Positions 40,412-57,133 of a DNA stretch of 64,000 nucleotides are shown piece by piece (position 1 is the first letter of the stretch; the number at the start of each line of letters is the position of its first letter). Below the pieces are notes generated by a model, which did no database searches, was not told the origin of the DNA, and saw only the letters and a program-made list of their open reading frames with translations. The stretch covers positions 130,852-194,851 of the forward strand of contig NW_005434615.1 in assembly GCF_000315625.1 (NCBI RefSeq). The letters are read 5' to 3'. The position numbers were made by a program, and so were the translations under genes. The DNA comes from Guillardia theta CCMP2712 (Eukaryota; Protista; Cryptophyta).

Positions 40412-41502
40412 ATGACTGATCCAGTGATGGATTGCGAGGCTGGATCGACACACAGTCGGACGATTACTGCCTGGAAAGAATTCGAGCTCCCTGCAGACAA
40501 CAAAATTGACCGATTGGATGTGGAGAGCAAAACTCTCCTGTTGGATTCCATCAGTAAAAGGATGTTTTTGAATCGAAATAGGGATTGTGCAGATTCCAGG
40601 AATGCAGAAGTTCGCGAAAGAGAAGCTTCATTGCAATACAATTCGAATCAGTGTCTCTTGCAGCAAGCCCAAACAGAGTTACAAGAAGAGGTTGATGACA
40701 TCTGTTCAAGTTCCTTCTTATGTATTTCTGCAACTCAGTTTGTGAAAGCAACAAAGATTTTCAAAGAAAGTTATCATAACGAAATCTCCAAGTAAGCGAT
40801 GCGTGTTTGCTTGGCTTTCAGTGATTTCTCACAGGGGCTGCTCAATGATACATGAACGAGAAGAATTGGATAAAGATCCCAATCGAGGGCTCGTAGGACT
40901 AGATGTTCCTATCAGAGTAGGTCTCCGGGTCAAGCCGGCACATTCCGGTGGTTTCTTTCAATATTTGAGTGAATCTGATGGCAACTTAGGGTCTGTAATG
41001 GCACAGAATTTGCAGGGCTTCATCACTCGAATGAACGATGACAAGAACGCGTGAGCCATATGATCTATGGAGACTGCACATGACTTCCGATAACGATCCA
41101 ACAGTTGCTGGGTAAAGTGGGACAACCAGCCGGAGGAGTGCGGGTGGTACAGGTGTGGCATTTACAGGTCATCGAATTGCACCGAAATTGCGAAGTTTGC
41201 TGACCTTCAAGCAATGTGTGCAGCCGATATGCGCTTCAGTCTATCTCTGAGAAGGATCAAATTCGTTCACATGTAAATCTGTGCTTTGCGGATAGGCTAT
41301 ACTGATCTCTAAGATAGCCAGGGGACTACATTCGCACTGGCGGAAACAGCGATGAAGATATCAGGAATAGGTAGTCATGACAAACACGAAACCGTATCCC
41401 GTTGACTCTTTCTCAAAAATGCAGAATATCACAGCATCAATCAGAAGAACCAATCTCAGGAGCCGATCTGCTTTTCGGAATTTGGGAATGGATGGGTATT
41501 TG
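40412..41502 (+). CDS. Multi-exon protein with a short coiled region and a MIB/HERC2-like domain
   Basis: IRVGLRVKP...DGNLGSV...GFIT..., then exon CWVKWDNQPEECGWYRCGIY|SRYAL. This resembles the MIB_HERC2 pattern G.RV.RG.DW...G.V...V.V.WD.G....YR.G..G.YDL. Both ends are uncertain. Confidence 0.55.
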
Positions 41503-41530
41503 AGACTTTACAGTATTTGAGACATCACGA

Positions 41531-42342
41531 TTAGAATTTGTATTTTACCCTTGGATCTTTCTGAATGGCAGCATACACCTGATACCTGTATAAATCGATC
41601 AGGAACAAGCAAGCCATTAAAGCAATACATACAATTGATCTGCACTTTCCACTGGTACTCTAATTGTGATGGATCGCCACTTGCCCTTGTCTCGGTACGA
41701 ATGCGCTAGATCGCTTCTTTTGACTCCTAAACACTTCAGTCATTTTTTAACCAAAATTGATGTGGCGGAAGTACCAACAACATTGCCCACAGAGTCAAGG
41801 ATGTCTTCAACAAACTCTCCCTGTAACGAGAAATGAGATTCCTGTCATTGGATTACAGTATAAAACAGACCTGCCGATATCCAACAACTTTAATTTGAAA
41901 ATGGCACGGAAATTCGACCAACTGTCGTTAAATTTCACGTGTGGTCAATCATAGCAAATTAAACCTGCTCAAAGCCTGGAGATGGTTTGTTGCCACTCTC
42001 TTCTTCGTCAGACTTCTTCACGGCAAAGTTAACGTTGGAGTCCACAACGGGAGACTCCTTGTCCCTATTCAAGCGCAGATTTCCTGCTGCTCCTATACTT
42101 TCAAAGTCAACGATTGTCTTGTTCTCTGGTCTGTCTTGGTCTGAAGACTTGGAAAGGTCTAACTTTACTTGTCCACATCTAAATTTTGCGGTCTGATATT
42201 GCAAGTGTGGTCTTGGCTGGTTTCTGTAGAACGTATGTGCGAGGCAACCTGCCGTCTTGAACACACGAAATCCACGAACAGAGCCGATTCCAAGCATTGT
42301 GATCACCAACAGAGCTCGTACAGCTGTCGATTGTGCTCTCAT
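41531..42342 (-). CDS. DUF493/YbeD-like (ACT-fold) protein with bipartite plastid-targeting presequence
   Basis: MRAQSTAVRALLVITMLGIGSVRG-F signal plus a basic transit peptide. Spliced exons read LVEFPCHFQIKVVG, EFVEDILDSVGNVV, HSYRDKGKWRSITIRVPVESADQLY and KDPRVKYKF*, which match the DUF493 EFPC.F..KV.G ... GKY.S.T pattern. Confidence 0.75.
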
Positions 42343-42745
42343 GGGCTCCTCTGCTACGATCACTCTCCCTTACTTTCACCACGACAGGAGGCCGTCTCGC
42401 ATGTGCTCCTTTCCCCTCATACCACCCGGTCCTTTCTGGGCTACAATCTTCTAGAGACTACCCCTGTCCGGCCATGACTCAGTGGCTGCCACTGGGCTTG
42501 CCTCGGATGCCGGCCGGGCCGGCCGGCGGCCGGCCTCGGCCCTCGGTGCACTCACAGTTCTAGGCCGCCTAGCAACTGTGCTCGGAGTATGGCATACTCA
42601 TTGCTTAGTGCACCGCTGAGAGGACATTTTAACTTTTAGTACTAACTGAGAACTGACATGTTCCTCGACTCTCCTGGTTGACGGTCACGTAATGATTTAA
42701 CTTAGTAAACTTGCGGCTAAGTGACAGACCGCATGACTTGAATTA

Positions 42746-44814
42746 TGACGGAATACAAGTTTGTTAGACTTGTACTAGTCCAAAGTCACGCAGATATCAC
42801 ATCGACCTTAGTTGTAACAAGACAGTTTTTGCTCAAGACCGAGTTTAATGTACACAAAACCAGAATTGAGGAGCACATGAGAGATAGACTGTATGCTAGG
42901 ATGTGAAACCCCAGCATCCAGACATGAGAGGACCTTAGCAAGACGGCTAGGAAAGCCCCCTCTTCGTCCACACACGCTACATTGGCCGCCTCGCAAACAC
43001 GTAAGTCGTCTTGGTTTACAGGAGAGTTTTTGTTAACTCGGCGCTATCTGACTGGCACGGCTGGCATACGTTCCATCCTCCCCCCGACTTCCTGGAATCG
43101 TACATCGGACGTCAGAAAGTCACGCAAACAAGAATGTCAGCAGATCCAAGTCAAGATACGATGATACAACGTCAAGTTCACAGTCATGCTGAGTGGGCAA
43201 TAACCATTCAAGGATTGTCCATTCTGAAGAAGATTTTCATGCAGGGCTATTAGATGTGCAGTGCAGAGATAAGGGAGATGCCTGGCGAGCTGATGCAAGG
43301 ACGAGAGAAGGAGGATAAGATAAGAGAGTCTGAGGAGAGAACTTCGGAGTTCAGATAAGAGAGAGAGAGAGAGAGAGAGCGTGCCCGCCGGCATTTGAAG
43401 ACCAAAAGATAAATTTTTGAACCGTAAAGAACTTGTGACCAGAGATTGCTGCCGCGAGATTGGAACATCCGTTTCAAGGCATTTGAAGATTGTTGTGCAG
43501 TTGTACCTTGTTCGCCGATCCAGAAGTAGCTCCAGTTATGCATGCCACAGCCTAGCTCCATGACATGAAACTTCCGCCAGATCTCCTGGTAGTTCCATTT
43601 GATCCTACTCAAAGATCAAGAAAAATAAGAATCGAATCAGCTTCAAGTGCGTTTCCACACGGTTAAGCAGATATTCGACCGACCAATCTGGCTGGGGAAA
43701 GGCTTGTTTTTCCTATTCGAAGATCAATCAAACAAATTGAGGCTGAGATGAGAGGCCTAAACAACTTGCGGCTAGAAAGAGAGCCTGATTGAAGGGAGGA
43801 GTCATCCGAATGTGTAAAGCTTGATAGAATTGCATGAATTTTCAACAGCAACGGGAAAACAATACCAAGAAAGAAAAAACTCCAGTAAACAATTCAACTA
43901 ACCAAATATAAGATCAACATGATTGAGCATGTAATCGACGAACCGTTCCGAGTACCGTTGCCAATGATGGAACGTATGCCAGCCGTGCCAGTCAGATAGC
44001 GCCGAGTTAACAAAAACTCTCCTGTAAACCAAGACGACTTACGTGTCGAGGCGGCCGATGTAGCCGGCGTGTGGGACGAAGAGGGGGCTTTCCTAGCCGT
44101 CTTGCTAAGGTCCTCTCACTCCTCAATTCTGGTTTTGTGTGCATTAAACTTGGTCTTGAGCAAAAACTGTCTTGTTACAAAAGGTCGATGTGATATCTGC
44201 GTGACTTTGGACTAGTACAAGTCTAACAAACTTGTATTCCGTCGGTTATGAGCCTCGATTACATGCTCAATCATGTTGATCTTATGTTTGGTTAGTTGAA
44301 TTGTTTACTGGAGTTTTTTCTTTCTTGGTATCGTTTCGTTGCTGTTGAAAATTCATGCAATTCTATCAAGCCTTACACATTCGGATGACTCCTCTCTTCA
44401 ATCAGGCTCTCTCTCTAGCCGCAAGTTGTTTACTAGTTAGGCCTCTCATCTCAGCCTCAATTTGTTTGATTGATCTTCGAATAGGAAAAACAAGCCTTCC
44501 CCAGGCCAGATTGGTCGGTCGAATATCTGACTCGAACTGTGGAAACACACTTGAAGCTGATTCGATTCATATTTTCTTGATCTTTGAGTAGGATCAAATG
44601 GAACTACCAGGAGATCTGGCGGAAGTTTCATGTCATGGAGCTAGGCTGTGGCATGCATAACTGGAGCTACTTCTGGATCGGCGAACAAGGTACAACTGCA
44701 CAACAATCTTCAAATGCCTTGAAACGGATGTTCCAATCTCGCGGCAGCAATCTCTGGTCACAAGTTCTTTACGGTTCAAAAATTTATCTTTTGGTCTTCA
44801 AATGCCGGCGGGCA

Positions 44815-44849
<35 letters not shown>

Positions 44850-45410
44850 ATCTGAAATTCTCTCCTCAGACTCTCTTATCTTATCCTCCTTCTCTCGTCA
44901 TTGCATCAGCTCGCCAGGCATCTCCCTTATCTCTGCACTGCACATCTAATAGCCCTGCATGAAAATCTTCTTCAGAATGGACAATCTTTGAATGGTTATT
45001 GCCTGCTCAGCATAACTGTAAACTTGACGCAGACAGTCTTCTCGTATCTCGACTTGGAACTCTGCTGACATTCTCTTGTTTGTGTGACTTTCTGACGTCC
45101 GATGTAACATACTATTTCAGAAACTCGGGGGGAGGATCCCAGAACGTATGCCAGCCGTGCCCGTCAGATAGCGCCGAGTTAACAAAAACTCTCCTGTAAA
45201 CCAAGACGACTTACGTGTCGAGGCGGCCGATGTAGCGTGTGGGACGAAGAGGGGGCTTTCCTAGCCGTCTTGCTAAGGTCCTCTCATGTCTGGATGCTTG
45301 GGTTTCATTAAACTTGGTCTTGAGCAAAAACTGTCTTGTTACAACTAAGGTCGATGTGATATCTGCGTGACTTTGGACTAGTACAAGTCTAACAAACTTG
45401 TATTCCGTCA
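42746..45410. mobile_element. Foldback/non-autonomous inverted-repeat element: ~1.2-kb arms (42746..43938 and 44255..45410) with an internal 278-bp copy of the terminus (43966..44243)
   Basis: Ends are TGACGGAATACAAGTTTG...CAAACTTGTATTCCGTCA. The arms are reverse complements with scattered SNPs and indels. Mirrored 120/121-aa ORFs occur at 43250..43612(-) and 44584..44949(+). No transposase ORF and no clear TSD. Confidence 0.8.
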
Positions 45411-45635
45411 GCCAAGGCTCGTCGGACTCGCCGGTTCAGTGCGTGGTGGCCCGGGCCGGGCCGGCCCGGTCAGCAGTGCGGCGGCGCGGCACAGGCTCCT
45501 CTCTAAAAGACTAAAAAACTTCAGATTGACAACCCCCATCAACCTCCGTTGATCATGATCGAGATTTCATGTAAGTAAGGCCGCTGAGAGTTGGGAGCGA
45601 AGCATGGCACATGCAGACGTTGCGTTGAAGCGTCA

Positions 45636-51969
<6,334 letters not shown>

Positions 51970-52004
51970 AACGCACGTCTATTCTACGGTACCTGCCGAC
52001 TCTC

Positions 52005-52070
<66 letters not shown>

Positions 52071-52230
52071 GGGATGATGATGATGGGGATGATGATAGGG
52101 ATAATGATGATGATGGGTCGATGATGGGGATGATGTTGGGGATGATGATGATGATTGGGGTGGTGGTGGTGGTGGTGGTGGTGGTGGAGATGATGATGTC
52201 ATGGCAGGGAAGATGAAAGATCTGAGGATT

Positions 52231-53240
52231 TTACGTTATGCTCCAACACCCGAGGAAATCAGACTGGTAGTCACAGGAAACCTGAGATATGCATTCCAGT
52301 CGATCATCCCCATCACAAGGTGGTAGACTCTCGTTGCTAGCAGAACATGCTGATGATTTCCTGTCAGTCAAACAGCTATCTCTCACGAGCATCATCACAA
52401 CAAGGGTTCTGTTGCTGCTCCCCTCAGCGCATCTCAGTGGGACGACGGGACTTTGCTTCCCGACACTATCAACCATGCAGATGCCTGCTCCGCAGCTCGA
52501 GCCCCCAACGAGGTCTCCCGCTCTCCATCTGCTCCGCTCTTTCCAATTACCATCCTTTCTTCCATCCCCTTGCTCTGTTGTCCTTGTCCTCCTCCTCTTC
52601 CTCCTCCTCTTCGTCCTTGACTTCCTTTGTTTCTTCGTTCTCCAGCACTGGGATGAAGTGAGCGGGACAGATGCAGACAAGAAAAAGTTCATCGCATGTC
52701 GGTAGAAGCCTGCTCCCCTTCCCCTTTCCCCTTACCCTTCCTCCCTTCCCTTCCCTTCCCTTCCCTTCCCTCCTTCTCTTCTTTCTAACCCATCTCCGCC
52801 TCTTCAAGGTTTTGGGGTCAGACAAGTTGGGTACAGCAGCGAGCTCCTGACCCTCCTTTCTTCAACTTTCAGGTTTCTCTCCTCCTTTCTCTTCACCTCC
52901 GCATCCTCTCCTCTTCTGTCTTTACTTCCCTGATATTCGTTTGCCGTGCTGCCATCAATCCACCTATCCACTACCCTCTTGCCTTCTCTCCTCTCCTCTC
53001 CTCTCCTCTCCTCTCCTCTCCTCTCCTCTGCTCTCCTCTTGCCTTCTCTCCCCTCCTCTCTCCTCTCCTCTGCTCTCTCTTCTCATATCTTCTCTTGCCT
53101 TGCTTCTCTTGCCTTGCTTCTGTTCTTTACAACTCCGGGCTCTCTTAACACACTTACCTCCAGTCGTCATCGCGAAAGTTTGGCATCGGTGATCAAAACC
53201 TTCAAGATATTGTGGGTTTGTTGACAATTTTTCAGGCATC
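52231..53240 (-). CDS. Possible multi-exon hypothetical gene (or 3' part of the upstream minus-strand gene) with purine-rich repeat introns
   Basis: Complex-sequence blocks (MPEKLSTNPQYLEGFDHRCQTFAMTTG; LLPTCDELFLVCICPAHFIP; GDLVGGSSCGAGIC...) alternate with (GAGAG)/(GGGAA) tracts. No recognisable domain. Confidence 0.3.
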
Positions 53241-53539
53241 ATCACGACCATCTTGACGCAGTAAACAGCCGGTCTGCTGTAAAATAATTCCCCGACCTCA
53301 TATTCTCGTTTTGTAAATTTTGCTTCTCTTTACTTTGAATTCAATGAAGTATGTCTAAACGTCAACTCAAGTGACGCAATCTCAGATGTTGTCAATGGCA
53401 TTTGAGGGATCGAGACACCAGTTCTTGATCTCTTCGGGTTGAGTTTCGTTTGGAGATTTCGTGAACTCGTTCTTTGATAATCTGTTCAGATACTGAGCGA
53501 GATGCTCAATCTAAACAAAATAACACTTACAGTTCTTCA

Positions 53540-53775
53540 AAGATTGACACATCTTGAAGAGAAGGTGAACCATTGAAATCTATGGAGGTCGAGATTAAGT
53601 GTTTTTCCTATGATCATATCAACAAAGGTAACAAACCTTCCAGCTCGGTTTCTCGTTCTCCCTTCATTTGCAAGATCCAAGAATACAACCTGCGAACAAG
53701 TGCTGCCAACAATCGTTACCACCAACATCAAGATCATCATTCCCATCATCACGTCCACATCATCATCATTATCCC

Positions 53776-53820
<45 letters not shown>

Positions 53821-55560
53821 TCTGATCCTGATCCTCATCAAACACGTCCTTCGCATATGAAGACTGAGTCCAAACGTGTTCTACCCGCTCTTTTTCGCTT
53901 CTGTATGACGAGGGCAGGGAACTGGAACCCATCCCATTTCCTCATGTCACAATGATAACTCGCCCTGCCGAAAGGGTAAACAGGAGAAGCTCGCAGGGCT
54001 GAAGCAGACTTGTGACTTTCACAGAAGATTGGAACTCCGTTCTCGTTGTCGCCGTAGAAAGCTTTTTGATTACATCCTCCCTTCACACCTCAAGTTCAGC
54101 AAGTCTTCGTCGCTGGGAAGAGAGCCTCTGAGTGGTACCGGATACATGCAGAGCTCGTCGAAGTTCCAAACACCTCCATTCTGAGCGTCAAGTTCGGTCG
54201 ATTTCCACTCCTCGAAAGAATCTCGATGGGTTTGACACAAGGCTAAAGGAGATTTGTTTGGAGCTCCTTGAAGGAGAAAGAATTGTCTTGAAGATTCACA
54301 CCTGCCAGAATTTGTGATATATGATTGACCAACACAATTTATTTCAGCAAAACAAAATCGTCACAACAATGAGCATTCTTCTCCTTATCATTAACATCAT
54401 CTCTTCCAAGATCAAAAACACGTTCTTAACTATCGTCTTCATCTCCAAAGCCTTCTATCCTCCTCCTCCTCCTCCTCCTCCTCCTCCTCTCCATTATTTT
54501 CCTCAATTTCATCGTCATCACTTCAGAACCTTGTATGCATCTGATCTTCTTCATCCTCTTCTCTCAATTCCTCTGAATCCACAGTCGAGCTGACAGGACA
54601 GTCAGACGCGCCAGCACAGAGCGGCAAACACACTTCAACTCAACTCGTGGAACAGAAACTAGAGATACCGAAGTCACAGCTTTCTGTTCCATGTCATAAT
54701 TGCAAACTCAACCATCACACTGAACCTCACTGCAGTTAGCAACACGGCAACGGGTGCCCTTGATAGCCAGATGATGCATCGCCCGGTGTTGAGAGCAGAA
54801 AACAACCTTCTTTCCACCTTGAAGATCATCTCACACGAGCTCTTGAGAAGTCATCATCAACCTTTGAAGCTCTGATAGGAAGGTTGCTTGTCGCAGCCCT
54901 CCTCGTTGCACTTCCTTTCATCTCGATTACAGCATTGTCAAACCAGAGAGTTTTCAACCTGCTCCTCAGGTCTCTGTGGGTTATATCCTTGTGCTGCACA
55001 CAATACATTCGATAGTCGTCCAAGCTTCCGAACGTTCCTGTACTCCTACAAGGCGGTCAAGACAGTCTCGTGAGTAGAGCTCAAGTCGGCAATACGTACC
55101 TGCACCCATCGACGCAGCATTTCTTCTTCTTCTTATTCACACTCCCTGCCGGAGCATGCCCGGCGCAAAACTCGGGTTTCCTGGCGTCTGGGCTGCCGTA
55201 GGACGGCCATCGTAAGCAGGACTGCAGCTCACCTGAGGCAAGTCAGCCGGGCACCTGAGCTGCGAGAGAACCTGTCTCATTGTTGTAGGACTGGAAGTGA
55301 CAGAGTTGCGCTGGGGATCTTGAAGGTACACTCCCGCCAGGACGATGGACGGCGCAGTAGTAGGAAGGAGCCGGGTGCCCATTGGGCAATGAGTGGATGG
55401 ACTTGAAAGTTGCTCTCTTCTTGCAGCCAGGCTCCTGGCAGAAGCTCTTCCTGTTGCCCCTGCCTAGGTCAGTGCTGATCTCTGCCCTGAGTGACGCTTG
55501 CCCGCTGGGGATCAGGAAGTTCATGAAAGCAAGGCAGAGGACGATGAGGCCTCTGCGCAT
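53540..55560 (-). CDS. Secreted protein with EsV-1-7-like Cys/His repeats
   Basis: Signal MRRGLIVLCLAFMNFLIPSGQA. Repeats CQEPGCKKRATF...YCAVHR, CLR..PSYGSPDARKPEFCARHA, CCVDGC...YCVQHK, CNEEGCDKQPSY...FCSQHR, CRVANC and GCNQKAFYG...IFCESHK fit C-x4-C...P.(F/Y)...(F/Y)C-x2-H. The 3' end is uncertain. Confidence 0.7.
53755..53820. repeat. (CAT)n microsatellite
   Basis: Directly visible in the sequence. Confidence 0.95.
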
Positions 55561-55789
55561 GTGTCGTGCTACCAAGTCTTACATCACAAGAGGGAGCAGA
55601 CGACGAGCCCTGAGCAGGGAGCGACGAACAGTGATGCGCGCATGGTCGACGGGAAGGAGAATGCTATGGAGGAGCAAGCGATGTAGGGGAAGATCAAAGT
55701 TTGGACTGGTAGTAGTAGACAGGATGAAGAGGAGAAGGAGCAAAAAGGGGAGGAGGAGGAGGAGGAGGAGGAGGAGGAGGAGGAGGATG

Positions 55790-55820
<31 letters not shown>

Positions 55821-55827
55821 GGAGAGG

Positions 55828-56445
55828 NNNNNNNNNNNNNNNNNNNNNNNNNNNNNNNNNNNNNNNNNNNNNNNNNNNNNNNNNNNNNNNNNNNNNNNNN
55901 NNNNNNNNNNNNNNNNNNNNNNNNNNNNNNNNNNNNNNNNNNNNNNNNNNNNNNNNNNNNNNNNNNNNNNNNNNNNNNNNNNNNNNNNNNNNNNNNNNNN
56001 NNNNNNNNNNNNNNNNNNNNNNNNNNNNNNNNNNNNNNNNNNNNNNNNNNNNNNNNNNNNNNNNNNNNNNNNNNNNNNNNNNNNNNNNNNNNNNNNNNNN
56101 NNNNNNNNNNNNNNNNNNNNNNNNNNNNNNNNNNNNNNNNNNNNNNNNNNNNNNNNNNNNNNNNNNNNNNNNNNNNNNNNNNNNNNNNNNNNNNNNNNNN
56201 NNNNNNNNNNNNNNNNNNNNNNNNNNNNNNNNNNNNNNNNNNNNNNNNNNNNNNNNNNNNNNNNNNNNNNNNNNNNNNNNNNNNNNNNNNNNNNNNNNNN
56301 NNNNNNNNNNNNNNNNNNNNNNNNNNNNNNNNNNNNNNNNNNNNNNNNNNNNNNNNNNNNNNNNNNNNNNNNNNNNNNNNNNNNNNNNNNNNNNNNNNNN
56401 NNNNNNNNNNNNNNNNNNNNNNNNNNNNNNNNNNNNNNNNNNNNN
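55828..56445. other. Assembly gap (618 N), preceded by (GAG)n(GAT)n tracts
   Basis: Run of N. Confidence 1.
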
Positions 56446-56810
56446 TGAGCACTCGCACGTAGCACGGCGGGGTGAGCCTCAGGTCGTCTACCAGGCTGTC
56501 CCAGAAAGCCACCTTGAAGCTCTCCCTCACCTTGGACAGCAGGGGGTTGTCGAGGTAGCCTGCCCCCTGCTCGTCGAGCTTGAAGGCGGGATCCAGCAGC
56601 AGCTCGTGCGCCAGCTGCTCGTTGGTCATCCGGCCGGGCAGCGAAGACAGCCCGGACGCATTCGTCGAGGACGGTAGCTCTGCTGGCCTGGAGCTGCTTC
56701 CGGCCCCTTGCGAGGAGGACGATGGTGTCTCCTCCGACGGCTCCGCGTCGACGGCAGTGAAGCCTTGCTGTCTTAGCGCCTCGTCGAAGCTCTCCAGCCC
56801 CTGGGCTCGG
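56446..56810 (-). CDS. TCP11: T-complex protein 11 (TCP11) domain exon, truncated by the gap
   Basis: NEQLAHELLLDPAFKL...KVRESFKVAFWDSLVDDLRLTPPCYVRVL matches the N-terminal TCP11 motifs (LAHE...DP.F; KAFWD). Confidence 0.75.
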
Positions 56811-56835
56811 AGGATGAGAAGGAGCAGGAGGAGGA

Positions 56836-56868
<33 letters not shown>

Positions 56869-57133
56869 GGAGGTATGCGGAGGCAGGGAGTCGAATTATT
56901 GGTCGTATTGCAATCTTTGTCGCCTGTGGGTGGGGTGTTCTGAGTACCCCTCATTTTGTCTTAAAGTTTTAGGGTGTTGTTTATTCTAGTATGGGTAGGG
57001 GTATTCCCTCAACTAGAGATACAAGGGAGTTCTGAACGTGGGTGAAGCGAGGGGGGAGAGAGAGGGAGAGAGAGAGAGAGGCAGGGAGCGAGCAACACAG
57101 AGAGAGAGGCAAGGAGCGACTAACAGGCAAGAG

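Noticed and set aside
43250-44949. Twin 120/121-aa ORFs in the inverted arms as a possible transposase
   Set aside because: TTG starts, include a (CT)n tract, no catalytic motifs; their similarity simply reflects the inverted repeat.
55382-56954. Long ORFs spanning the N run
   Set aside because: Artefacts of translating through the assembly gap.
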